DNA of 64,000 bases, from positions 1 through 64,000 of the forward strand of contig NIVC01002447.1 in assembly GCA_002269645.1 (NCBI GenBank), read 5' to 3'. Positions 33,701 to 46,400 of the stretch are shown one piece after another (position 1 is the first letter of the stretch; the number at the start of each line of letters is the position of its first letter). Below the pieces are notes generated by a model. It did not search any database, was not told the DNA's origin, and saw only the letters and a list, made by a program, of their open reading frames with translations. The stretch comes from Macrostomum lignano. Taxonomy: Eukaryota. The position numbers were made by a program, and so were the translations under genes.

Positions 33701-36680
33701 CCGTGCGCCTCGGCCGCGTGGCGCAGCAGCTCGGGCTGTCCGGGGAAGGCCAAGCCGCAGGCTGAGCAGCCGAAGTCGCAGGCGGCTGACAGGCCGGCGA
33801 TGCGAGGCTCCGGCAGCGAGTGGGCCGCGTCCACGTGCTGGGCCAGCTGGCGGGCGCCGCCCTGTAGCAAAGCGCATAATGTACTTTTTGCATGTAAATG
33901 TCGCTTTTTGTATACTTTTCTACGCCTAGAGTACTGCTCCCATCATGCAGGTGTTAATCCCTAATCAGAGATCCCATCATGCAGGTGTTAATCCCTAATC
34001 AGAAAATCCCATCATACAGGTGTTAATCCCTAATCAGAGATCCCATCATGCAGGTGTTAATCCCTAATCGGAGATCCCATCATGCAGGTGTTAATCCCTA
34101 ATCAGAGATCCCATCATGCAGGTGTTAATCCCTAATCAGAAAATCCCATCATACAGGTGTTAATCCCTAATCAGAGATCCCATCATGCAGGTGTTAATCC
34201 CTAATCAGAGATCCCATCATGCAGGTGCTAATCAGACATCAAGCAGGATTCAGCGGCAGCTCACCTGGAGCACGGCGCAGCAGACCGGACAGTCAACTCG
34301 GCCGCCATGTCTCAGGGAGTCGGCAAAGCCGGCAGCTGCATCAACCTGGACGCTGGCCACGTCATCCAGCTGCACATCGACTTTGACGCAGCCGCGCGAG
34401 TGCAAGCCGGCCAGAGCGGGATGCGGCATCACCAGGCCGCAGCGGCGACAGCCGAACTCCAAGCCGGCTGAGGCCAGCGCTGCCTGCAGCCTCCTGCAGA
34501 ACTCCGCCGGCTGAAGGCGAGTCCGGCGGCGCTGCAGCCGGCGACGAATTGAGCTGATGCTGGCGCTGCCGCGGCCGCCCTTACCGGTGCCACTGATGTC
34601 GGAGCTGACGAGCTCGCTTTGACCGGATTGAGCGGCGCCTTCACCTGCCTGCAGCTGCCGCGGCTCCGAATCTGAGGCGGTGGCGGCCGCGGCGTCCTGC
34701 ACAGCGGCGGGTCGGCGCTGGCACAGCCGGACCTTCAGCTGGTCGAGAGTGGCGGTGGACACCCGGCCGATGGCTGCAGCAGTGCTCTGGCGCTGATGGT
34801 GAGCGAGAGTGAGTGAGTGAGTGAGTAAGTGAGTGAGTGAGTGAGTAAGTGAGTGAGTAAATGAGTGAGCGAGTAAGCAAGTGAGTGAGTGAGTGAGTGA
34901 GTGAATGAATGAGTGAGTGAGTGAGTGAGTTAGTGAGTGAGTGAGTGAGTGAGTGAGTGAGTGAGAGAGAGAATGAGTGAGTGAGTGAGTGAGGAAGTAA
35001 GTGAGTGAATGAGTGAGTGAGTAAATAAGTGGGCCGCTTTCACAAGACCGAAATTCTTCTCAAAACAATTGGGAAATGCGGTGCGTAATGTTATTCTTGT
35101 GAAGCTCTGGAATGTGTGAATGACAAAAGGAAAGTTTTACGACTAAGAATGAGAATTTGTATGAATCACACACCATGTGTGAATGACAATAGGTGTGTGA
35201 ATAAAATGATTAGAGTTTTTGAAATGAGTAAATTTGAGCTCACTCTGAATGTGCTTGATCAACATTTACAGCCTCACTTGTGAAAGCCACCGCCCCACAG
35301 TGAGCAGGCATCAACTGCCGTCTCACTCACCATTTCACCGCTACAAGCTGCAGACCGAGCCAGCTGCTCTCCGAGAGCCACCTCAGACAGCCGACTCCGA
35401 GCCATCGCCAGCAGCCTCTGCGCCCTGACAGCTGTCAGAGCAGCCACCGATGCCTGCCGCCCAGCCTCTGCCCTGGCAACGCATCTACCAGCCACTCCAC
35501 TCCGGCAGAAGCCACTCCGCGCCAGCCGGGCCATCCAGCGGTTCAACGCGAAGCGCAGCTCCTCGCCAGCCGGCACAGACTGGGTGCAGCGAAAGTACAG
35601 CTGGGAGCCGCGCTGATGCGCCAGTAGGTTGTGCCTGCGCTGCGAGCTGCAGGTCTGCAGCAGGTGAAGGGGTGGCGCCTTTTGATTGATAGATTTTACA
35701 GCTTATGCAGTTAAGGTGATTCTCATTGAGCGGTTTTAGCCACCGACTTAGTGTGACACTGCTATGCTGATCCATGTGACACTGCTATGCTGATCTGTGT
35801 GACACTGCTATGCTGATCCATGTGACACTGCTATGCTGATCCCTGTGACACTGCTATGCTGATCCATGTGACACTGCTATGCTGATCTGTGTGACACTGC
35901 TATGCTGATCCATGTGACACTGCTATGCTGATCCATGTGACACTGTTATGCTGATCCATGTGACACTGCTATGCTGATCCATGTGACACTGCTATGCTGA
36001 TCCATGTGACACTGCTATGCTGATCTGTGTGACACTGCTATGCTGATCCATGTGACACTGCTATGCTGATCCATGTGACACTGTTATGCTGATCCATGTG
36101 ACACTGCTATGCTGATCCATGTGACACTGCTATGCTGATCCATGTGACACTGTTATGCTGATCCATGTGACACTGTTATGCTGATCCATGTGACACTGCT
36201 ATGCTGATCCATGTGACACTGCTATGCTGATCCATGTGACACTGCTATGCTGATCCATGTGACACTGCTATGCTGATCCATGTGACACTGCTATGCTGAT
36301 CCATGTGACACTGTTATGTTGATCCATGTGACACTGCTATGCTGATCCATGTGACACTGCTATGCTGATCTGTGTGACACTGTTATGCTCACCTTCTGAG
36401 GCTGCAAGAACACAAGCCAGTTGCACTTATTTACATCAGTCAGATCAAAATATTGCAATCCCCGAGCTGTCAGTAGTGGCACAGGAAACTGTCCTGTGCA
36501 ATGTTGGTCAACCAGAGGAGCCTCCAGTGGGCCAAGCACTGCACCACGGGGCACAGGCTTGCGGGCAAACAGCCCAAGACAGCGAGGGTGAATGTGCGAC
36601 TGGGCCACAATGAACTGCTCTCTGGGAAGGCTTTTCATTGCCTGAGATGATCCAGTCCCTTTCAGACAGGCTGGTGGCAT
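30759..36680 (-). CDS. PRDM10: PRDM10-like PR/SET + C2H2 zinc-finger protein, left copy; exons 36680-36393, 35678-35331, 34792-34265, 33861-33638, 33236-32603, 31612-30759; 1-bp frameshift at ~31365
   Basis: PR domain: SLP..GLFARKPVPRGAVLGP..CNWLVFLQP|..HNLLAHQRGSQLYFRCTQSVPAGEELRF. Multiple C2H2 fingers. YKCRDCSLGFKRRGVLVNHM|VRVHPEIPLSSVSELNLP matches my recollection of PRDM10 [25 protein letters not shown]..ELTLP. All introns are GT-AG and phase-compatible. This copy has aatccgca where the right copy has aatcccgca. Confidence 0.85.
31625..32478. repeat. 14-bp minisatellite (ggggtcaaggtgta), ~60 units, PRDM10 left copy intron 5
   Basis: Direct; marked by gtgttgatgtcaag variants. Confidence 0.97.
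33250..33585. repeat. Degenerate ~34-bp repeat (gatacatatcggctac...) in intron 4; counterpart at 40200-40440
   Basis: Direct. Confidence 0.85.
33940..34232. repeat. 34-bp minisatellite (gcaggtgttaatccctaatcagagatcccatcat), ~9 units, intron 3
   Basis: Direct; one CCCTAA/TTAGGG per unit. Confidence 0.97.
34800..35025. repeat. (TGAG)n microsatellite, intron 2; counterpart at 42133-42497
   Basis: Direct. Confidence 0.95.
35752..36388. repeat. 23-bp minisatellite (gatccatgtgacactgctatgct), ~27 units, intron 1
   Basis: Direct; begins a few bases after the GTGAGC donor. Confidence 0.98.
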
Positions 36681-37406
36681 GGCCAAAGCTGCAGACTGCA
36701 AATTCTGTATGCAAGCAGCATATAAAAAGTAACAAAAGATTAATTATGTTCAAATAAAATGTAATAAATGTTTTTTTATTAAATCTAATCTTTTACCTAT
36801 ATTTTTATTAGCCTTGGCATATATGGCCTGGCATCAAAACCACTAGAAAAAAATGATTCAGTATAAATGGTCTAGCACAAAAAGAATCACTTATATTTTA
36901 GGCATAATTGTATTTCATTTGAAAAGTAGAAAATTTGAATAGCAACATGTCTATCATTGTATTTATCATTAAAAAGTAGAATGTAACTTCCAAAAATCCT
37001 GCCATAACCTGACAAATTGTACATTATTTTCTTTTTATTCTGGTAGAGTAACTCACTTAATAAATAGGAATAAAACGAATAAGAGAACAAACATTAAGTT
37101 GTTTTTATTTACTTTAATTTAATTGCCAATGCATTTTTACCCTTGTAGGTCATCGTCAGGGCAGTAATGAAATTGAAAAGTTTAATAAACAGTTGAATAA
37201 ATGTGCCTATAATATAGTGAATACACAATATAAATTCGTGTACGTAGTTTTCAATTGAAACAAGTTCTAACACACAGTGCAGTAATGTATACTCCAAGCT
37301 AAAACATGCTGAGTACGCGGCTGGCACCCCCCCCCATAGCTAGCTGGCAGTTTAGGCTTAGGTTCTGATCTTTGATGTACATAGCCTCTAAGATTGTTCA
37401 AAGTGC

Positions 37407-40400
37407 TCAGCACTGCGGGCCGGCAGCGGCAGGCCGGTCGCTGCCGGCCTCCCGTATGGCGCCCTCGAGCCAGTCGGTTTCATCGGCGGCGGGCTGGTGG
37501 CAACCGGCCGACTCGCCAGCGGCTGCCCTGGCCGTCAGCTCGTCCACGATGGCGGACGCGTCATCCTCCAGATAGGCCGTGGAGGCGCCGGCGGTGACGG
37601 CGGAGTTGAAAAGCACTGGGACGCTGGCAGAGTTGACCAGCAGGAACTGGACATTGGGAGCCTCCTGCTGCTGCTGCTGCTCAGCTGGCAGGTCAACACC
37701 GGCTCCGCTTCCAGTGAGCTCTCGCAATGCCTGGGTGAGCAGATCCTCTGAGTCCTCGCTGAACTGGCAGATCTGCTGCTGCTGCTGCTGCTGTGGCTGC
37801 TGAAGCTGCGGGTGCGGCAGGCCGCTGGCGATGGCGGCGCGGATTTGGGCGCGGGTTGGCGGCGCCAGAGCGGGATGGGCCTGGCGCATGTGCCAGGTGA
37901 GCTTCTCTTTCTTGGCGTACTGGCGCGGACAGTGCGGGCAGCAGTGCGCCATGCTGATCACGGATGGCGCCGTTGAGACCACCATGATTGGCGCGGATGA
38001 GGAGGCTGAGGATCCCGATGCGGGATTCGAGTCCGGGACCAGCGAGGCAGCAACCATTGAGGCGACGCTGCGTGGCGGCGGCAGGTGCAGGTCGGGCGGG
38101 CTGGCGACCCCGTGCACCCGCTGCAGGTGCGCCTGGCGCTGCTGGTCGGAGCGGAAGAGGCTGCCGCACAGCGGGCAGGGCAGGTTGTTGGGCCGGCTGC
38201 GCACCTGCTGCAGCAGCGGCAGGTTCAGCTCGCTCACGCTGCTCAGCGGGATTTCCGGGTGCACGCGGACCTGATAGGGATCAAGTGATCAAGGTGCCGA
38301 GGTCAAGGGTCAAGGTATCAGGGGTCAAGGTGAAGGGGTCAAGGTGTAGGGGTCAAGGTGTAGGGGTCAAAGTTTAGGGGTCAAGGTGTAGGGATCAAGG
38401 TGTAGGGGTCAAGGTGTAGGGGTCAAGATGTAGGGGTCAAGGTGTAGGGGTCAAGGTGTAGGGGTCAAGGTGTAGGGGTCAAGGTGTAGGGGTCAAGTTG
38501 TAGGGGTCAAGGTGTAGGGTACGTCAAGGTGTAGGGTACGTCAAGGTGTAGGGGTCAAGATGTTGGGGTCAAGGTGTAGGGGTCAAGGTGTAGGGGTCAA
38601 GGTGTAGGGGTCAAGGTGTAGGGGTCAAGGTGTAGGGGTCAAGGTGTAGGGGTCAAGGTGTTGGGGTCAAGGTGTAGGGGTCAAGGTGTAGGGGTCAAGG
38701 TGTAGGGGTCAAGATGTAGGGGTCAAGGTGTAGGGGTCAAGGTGTAGGGGTCAAGGTGTAGGGGTCAAGGTGTAGGGGTCAAGGTGTAGGGTACGTCAAG
38801 GTGTAAAGGTCAAGGTGTAGGGGTCAAGGTGTAGGGATCAAGGTGTAAAGGTCAAGGTGTAGGGTACGTCAAGGTGTAGGGTACGTCAAGGTGTAGGGGT
38901 CAAGGTGTAGGGGTCAAGGTGTAGGGGTCAAGGTGTAGGGGTCAAGATGTTGGGGTCAAGGTGTAGGGGTCAAGGTGTAGGGGTCAAGGTGTAGGGGTCA
39001 AGGTGTTGCGGTCAAGGTGTAGGGGTCAAGGTGTAGGGGTCAAGGTGTAAAGGTCAAGGTGTAGGGATCAAGGTGTAGGGGTCAAGGTGTAGGGGTCAAG
39101 GTGTAGGGGTCAAGATGTAGGGGTCAAGGTGTAGGGGTCAAGGTGTAGGGGTCAAGGTGTAGGGGTCAAGGTGTAGGGGTCAAGTTGTAGGGGTCAAGGT
39201 GTAGGGTACGTCAAGGTGTAGGGTACGTCAAGGTGTAGGGGTCAAGGTGTAGGGGTCAAGATGTTGGGGTCAAGGTGTAGGGGTCAAGGTGTAGGGGTCA
39301 AGGTGTAGGGGTCTAGGTGTAGGGGTCAAGGTGTAGGGGTCAAGGTGTAGGGGTCAAGGTGTAGGGGTCAAGGTGTAGGGTACGTCAAGGTGTAGGGTAC
39401 GTCAAGGTGTAGGGTACGTCAAGGTTTTGATGCCAATGTGCTGCGGTCAAAGTGCTGACTGAGTTTGTGGCGCTAAGATCCAGACGTACAGCACTAGACT
39501 CAAAGAGAATACCAATACAAACAGGAACATCATATATTGAACTACAAACCATATGATTGACCAGCACCCCACGCCGCTTGAAGCCCAGACTGCAGTCGCG
39601 GCATTTGTAGATAAACCGTTCAAAATCGGTGGAGGGCACCTGCGGCACGCATTTCGGCTTCTTGGGCCGCCCGGGGAGGTCGCCGACGCCTCTGCTGCCC
39701 TTGCAGCGGCCCAGCCTGAGGTGAGCGGCGAGTTTGTCTCTGCGCGAGAACCTGCGGCCGCAGCCCTGGCAGGCTGGCTGCTGGCTGACCGGCAGGTTGC
39801 CGGCTGAGCTGCCAACGCCGCTGCGGCAAACGTTGGAGGCGGCCAGATGGTCGCGCAGGCGAGACCGCTTGGCGAACCTACGACCGCAGTGGTCGCAGGC
39901 AAACTGCTGGGGCGGCTGGTGCTGCTGACTGATGCCGGAGCTGTCGGTGCCGCCGCCGCTGTGGCAGTTGCGCTGGTGCCGCTTGGCCTGGGCGAGGGTG
40001 GCGGCCCGGCGGTGGCAGACGCGGCAGGGAAAGTCGCCGAGCGCGGGGTCCCGGTGGGCGGCCTCGTAGTGCCGGGCCAGCTGTCGGCGGCTGCGACTGC
40101 AGTGGCCGCAGAGCTGGCAGACCGGCTGTCCGAGGCCCTGGCAGTGCGACTTCAGATGGTTGCGGAGGCAGCCGGCACTGGGGCTGCGGGTTAAATACAT
40201 ACTTTCGATACATATCGGCTACCTGAAATAAATTACTTTCGATACATATCGGCTACCTGAAATAAATTACTTTCGATACATATCGGCTACTTGAAAATAA
40301 CTTAATTTTGATACATATCAAATGCCTGAAAAGCATGCTTTCAATACATATCGGCTACCTTAAAAACTACACTTTCGATACATATCGGCTACGTCCTGAA

Positions 40401-43400
40401 GATAACTTAATTTCGATACATATCGGCTACATCGGCTACATGAAGCTCACGCAGCATTGTTTATCCAGTAGACTGATTCAACTCTCCCTCACCTGTCGCC
40501 AAAGCTGCACAGCGGGCAGGAGTCGAACACGGGCCCTGCCGGGTCCATGCGGACGCCGTGCGCCTCGGCCGCGTGGCGCAGCAGCTCGGGCTGTCCGGGG
40601 AAGGCCAAGCCGCAGGCTGAGCAGCCGAAGTCGCAGGCGGCTGACAGGCCGGCGATGCGCGGCTCCGGCAGCGAGTGGGCCGCGTCCACGTGCTGGGCCA
40701 GCTGGCGGGCGCCGCCCTGTAGCAAAGCGCATAATGTACTTTTTGCATGTACATGTCGCTTTTTGTATACTTTTCTACGCCTAGAGTACTGCTCCCATCA
40801 TGCAGGTGTTAATCCCTAATCAGAGATCCCATCATGCAGGTGTTAATCCCTAATCAGAAAATCCCATCATACAGGTGTTAATCCCTAATCAGAGATCCCA
40901 TCATGCAGGTGTTAATCCCTAATCAGAGATCCCATCATGCAGGTGTTAATCCCTAATCAGAGATCCCATCATGCAGGTGTTAATCCTTAATCACAGATCC
41001 CATCATGCAGGTGTTAATCCCTAATCGGAGATCCCATCATGCAGGTGTTAATCCCTAATCAGAGATCCCATCATGCAGGTGTTAATCCCTAATCAGAGAT
41101 CCCATCATGCAGGTGTTAATCCCTAATCGGAGATCCCATCATGCAGGTGTTAATCCCTAATCAGAGATCCCATCATGCAGGTGTTAATCCCTAATCAGAA
41201 AATCCCATCATACAGGTGTTAATCCCTAATCAGAGATCCCATCATGCAGGTGTTAATCCCTAATCGGAGATCCCATCATGCAGGTGTTAATCCCTAATCA
41301 GAGATCCCATCATGCAGGTGTTAATCCCTAATCAGAAAATCCCATCATACAGGTGTTAATCCCTAATCAGAGATCCCATCATGCAGGTGTTAATCCCTAA
41401 TCGGAGATCCCATCATGCAGGTGTTAATCCCTAATCAGAGATCCCATCATGCAGGTGTTAATCCCTAATCAGAAAATCCCATCATACAGGTGTTAATCCC
41501 TAATCAGAGATCCCATCATGCAGGTGTTAATCCCTAATCAGAGATCCCATCATGCAGGTGCTAATCAGACATCAAGCAGGATTCAGCGGCAGCTCACCTG
41601 GAGCACGGCGCAGCAGACCGGACAGTCAACTCGGCCGCCATGTCTCAGGGAGTCGGCAAAGCCGGCAGCTGCATCAACCTGGACGCTGGCCACGTCATCC
41701 AGCTGCACATCGACTTTGACGCAGCCGCGCGAGTGCAAGCCGGCCAGAGCGGGATGCGGCATCACCAGGCCGCAGCGGCGACAGCCGAACTCCAAGCCGG
41801 CTGAGGCCAGCGCTGCCTGCAGCCTCCTGCAGAACTCCGCCGGCTGAAGGCGAGTCCGGCGGCGCTGCAGCCGGCGACGAATTGAGCTGATGCTGGCGCT
41901 GCCGCGGCCGCCCTTACCGGTGCCACTGATGTCGGAGCTGACGAGCTCGCTTTGACCGGATTGAGCGGCGCCTTCACCTGCCTGCAGCTGCCGCGGCTCC
42001 GAATCTGAGGCGGTGGCGGCCGCGGCGTCCTGCACAGCGGCGGGTCGGCGCTGGCACAGCCGGACCTTCAGCTGGTCGAGAGTGGCGGTGGACACCCGGC
42101 CGATGGCTGCAGCAGTGCTCTGGCGCTGATGGTGAGCGAGAGTGAGTGAGTGAGTGAGTGAGCGAGAGTGAGTGAGTGAGTGAGTAAGTGAGTGAGTGAG
42201 TGAGTAAGTGAGTGAGTGAGTAAATGAGTGAGCGAGTAAGCAAGTGAGTGAGTGAGTGAGTGAGTGAGTGAATGAATGAGTGAGTGAGTAAGTGAGTGAG
42301 TGAGTAAATGAGTGAGCGAGTAAGCAAGTGAGTGAGTGAGTGAGTGAGTGAGTGAGTGAATGAATGAGTGAGTGAGTGAGTGAATGAATGAGTGAGTGAG
42401 TAAGTGAGTGAGTGAGTGAGTGAGTGAGTGAGTGAGAGAGAGAATGAGTGAGTGAGTGAGTGAGGAAGTAAGTGAGTGAATGAGTGAGTGAGTAAATAAG
42501 TGGGCCGCTTTCACAAGACCGAAATTCTTCTCAAAACAATTGGGAAATGCGGTGCGTAATGTTATTCTTGTGAAGCTCTGGAATGTGTGAATGACAAAAG
42601 GAAAGTTTTACGACTAAGAATGAGAATTTGTATGAATCACACACCATGTGTGAATTACAATAGGTGTGTGAATAAAATGATTAGAATTTTTGAAATGAGT
42701 AAATTTGAGCTCACTCTGAATGTGCTTGATCAACATTTACAGCCTCACTTGTGAAAGCCACCGCCCCACAGTGAGCAGGCATCAACTGCCGTCTCACTCA
42801 CCATTTCACCGCTACAAGCTGCAGACCGAGCCAGCTGCTCTCCGAAAGCCACCTCAGACAGCCGACTCCGAGCCATCGCCAGCAGCCTCTGCGCCCTGAC
42901 AGCTGTCAGAGCAGCCACCGATGCCTGCCGCCCAGCCTCTGCCCTGGCAACGCATCCACCAGCCACTCCACTCCGGCAGAAGCCACTCCGCGCCAGCCGG
43001 GCCATCCAGCGGTTCAACGCGAAGCGCAGCTCCTCGCCAGCCGGCACAGACTGGGTGCAGCGAAAGTACAGCTGGGAGCCGCGCTGATGCGCCAGTAGGT
43101 TGTGCCTGCGCTGCGAGCTGCAGGTCTGCAGCAGGTGAAGGGGTGGCGCCTTTTGATTGATAGATTTTACAGCTTATGCAGTTAAGGTGATTCTCATTGA
43201 GCGGTTTTAGCCACCGACTTAGTGTGACACTGCTATGCTGATCCATGTGACACTGCTATGCTGATCCATGTGACACTGCTATGCTGATCCATGTGACACT
43301 GCTATGCTGATCCCTGTGACACTGCTATGCTGATCCATGTGACACTGCTATGCTGATCTGTGTGACACTGCTATGCTGATCCATGTGACACTGCTATGCT

Positions 43401-46400
43401 GATCTGTGTGACACTGCTATGCTGATCCATGTGACACTGCTATGCTGATCCCTGTGACACTGCTATGCTGATCCATGTGACACTGCTATGCTGATCTGTG
43501 TGACACTGCTATGCTGATCCATGTGACACTGCTATGCTGAACCATGTGACACTGCTATGCTGATCCATGTGACACTGCTATGCTGATCCATGTGACACTG
43601 CTATGCTGATCCATGTGACACTGCTATGCTGATCTGTGTGACACTGCTATGCTGATCCATGTGACACTGCTATGCTGATCTGTGTGACACTGCTATGCTG
43701 ATCCATGTGACACCGCTATGCTGATCTGTGTGACACTGCTATGCTGATCTGTGTGACACTGCTATGCTGATCCATGTGACACTGCTATGCTGATCTGTGT
43801 GACACTGCTATGCTGATCCATGTGACACTGCTATGCTGATCCATGTGACACTGCTATGCTGATCTGTGTGACACTGCTATGCTGATCCATGTGACACTGC
43901 TATGCTGATCCATGTGACACTGCTATGCTGATCCATGTGACACTGCTATGCTGATCCATGTGACACTGCTATGCTGATCTGTGTGACACTGCTATGCTGA
44001 TCTGTGTGACACTGCTATGCTGATCTGTGTGACACTGCTATGCTGATCTGTGTGACACTGTTATTCTGATCTGTATGACACTGCTATGCTGATCCATGTG
44101 ACACTGCTATGCTGATCTGTGTGACACAGTTATTCTGATCTGTATGACACTGCTATGCTGATCTGTGTGACACTGTTATGCTGATCCATATGACACTGCT
44201 ATGCTGATCCATGTGACACAGCTATGCTGATCTGTGTGACACAGTTATGCTGATCTGTGTGACACTGCTATGCTGATCCATGTGACACTGCTATGCTGAT
44301 CCCTGTGACACTGCTATGCTGATCCCTGTGACACTGCTATGCTGATCCATGTGACACTGCTATGCTGATCCATGTGACACTGCTATGCTGATCCATGTGA
44401 CACTGCTATGCTGATCCCTGTGACACTGCTATGCTGATCCATATGACACTGCTATGCTGATCCATGTGACACTGCTATGCTGATCCATATGACACTGCTA
44501 TGCTGATCCATGTGACACTGCTATGCTGATCTATGTGACACTGCTATGCTGATCCATGTGACACTGCTATGCTGATCCATGTGACACTGCTATGCTGATC
44601 CATGTGACACTGCTATGCTGATCCATGTGACACTGCTATGCTGATCCATGTGACACTGCTATGCTGATCTGTGTGACACTGCTATGCTGATCCATGTGAC
44701 ACTGTTATGCGGATCCCTGTGACACTGCTATGCTGATCCATGTGACACTGCTATGCTGATCCATGTGACACTGCTATGCTGATCCATGTGACACTGCTAT
44801 GCTGATCCATGTGACACTGCTATGCTGATCCATATGACACTGCTATGCTGATCCATGTGACACTGCTATGCTGATCCATGTGACACTGCTATGCTGATCC
44901 ATGTGACACTGCTATGCTGATCTGTGTGACACTGCTATGCTGATCCATGTGACACTGCTATGCTGAACCATGTGACACTGCTATGCTGATCCATGTGACA
45001 CTGCTATGCTGATCCATGTGACACTGCTATGCTGATCCATGTGACACTGCTATGCTGATCTGTGTGACACTGCTATGCTGATCCATGTGACACTGCTATG
45101 CTGATCTGTGTGACACTGCTATGCTGATCCATGTGACACCGCTATGCTGATCTGTGTGACACTGCTATGCTGATCTGTGTGACACTGCTATGCTGATCCA
45201 TGTGACACTGCTATGCTGATCTGTGTGACACTGCTATGCTGATCCATGTGACACTGCTATGCTGATCCATGTGACACTGCTATGCTGATCTGTGTGACAC
45301 TGCTATGCTGATCCATGTGACACTGCTATGCTGATCCATGTGACACTGCTATGCTGATCCATGTGACACTGCTATGCTGATCCATGTGACACTGCTATGC
45401 TGATCTGTGTGACACTGCTATGCTGATCTGTGTGACACTGCTATGCTGATCTGTGTGACACTGCTATGCTGATCTGTGTGACACTGTTATTCTGATCTGT
45501 ATGACACTGCTATGCTGATCCATGTGACACTGCTATGCTGATCTGTGTGACACAGTTATTCTGATCTGTATGACACTGCTATGCTGATCTGTGTGACACT
45601 GTTATGCTGATCCATATGACACTGCTATGCTGATCCATGTGACACAGCTATGCTGATCTGTGTGACACAGTTATGCTGATCTGTGTGACACTGCTATGCT
45701 GATCCATGTGACACTGCTATGCTGATCCCTGTGACACTGCTATGCTGATCCCTGTGACACTGCTATGCTGATCCATGTGACACTGCTATGCTGATCCATG
45801 TGACACTGCTATGCTGATCCATGTGACACTGCTATGCTGATCCCTGTGACACTGCTATGCTGATCCATATGACACTGCTATGCTGATCCATGTGACACTG
45901 CTATGCTGATCCATATGACACTGCTATGCTGATCCATGTGACACTGCTATGCTGATCTATGTGACACTGCTATGCTGATCCATGTGACACTGCTATGCTG
46001 ATCCATGTGACACTGCTATGCTGATCCATGTGACACTGCTATGCTGATCCATGTGACACTGCTATGCTGATCCATGTGACACTGCTATGCTGATCTGTGT
46101 GACACTGCTATGCTGATCCATGTGACACTGTTATGCGGATCCCTGTGACACTGCTATGCTGATCCATGTGACACTGCTATGCTGATCCATGTGACACTGC
46201 TATGCTGATCCATGTGACACTGCTATGCTGATCCATGTGACACTGCTATGCTGATCCATATGACACTGCTATGCTGATCCATGTGACACTGCTATGCTGA
46301 TCCATGTGACACTGCTATGCTGATCCATGTGACACTGCTATGCTGATCCATGTGACACTGCTATGCTGATCTATGTGACACTGCTATGCTGATCCATGTG

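Noticed and set aside
33940-41565. TTAGGG in the 34-mer as interstitial telomeric repeat
   Set aside because: Only one hexamer per unit and never tandem, so it is compatible with chance.
30731-43246. Overlapping antisense and alternative-frame ORFs across PRDM10, PhyH, CPQ and RMND5 exons
   Set aside because: Expected shadows of GC-rich coding sequence; no motifs or splice support.
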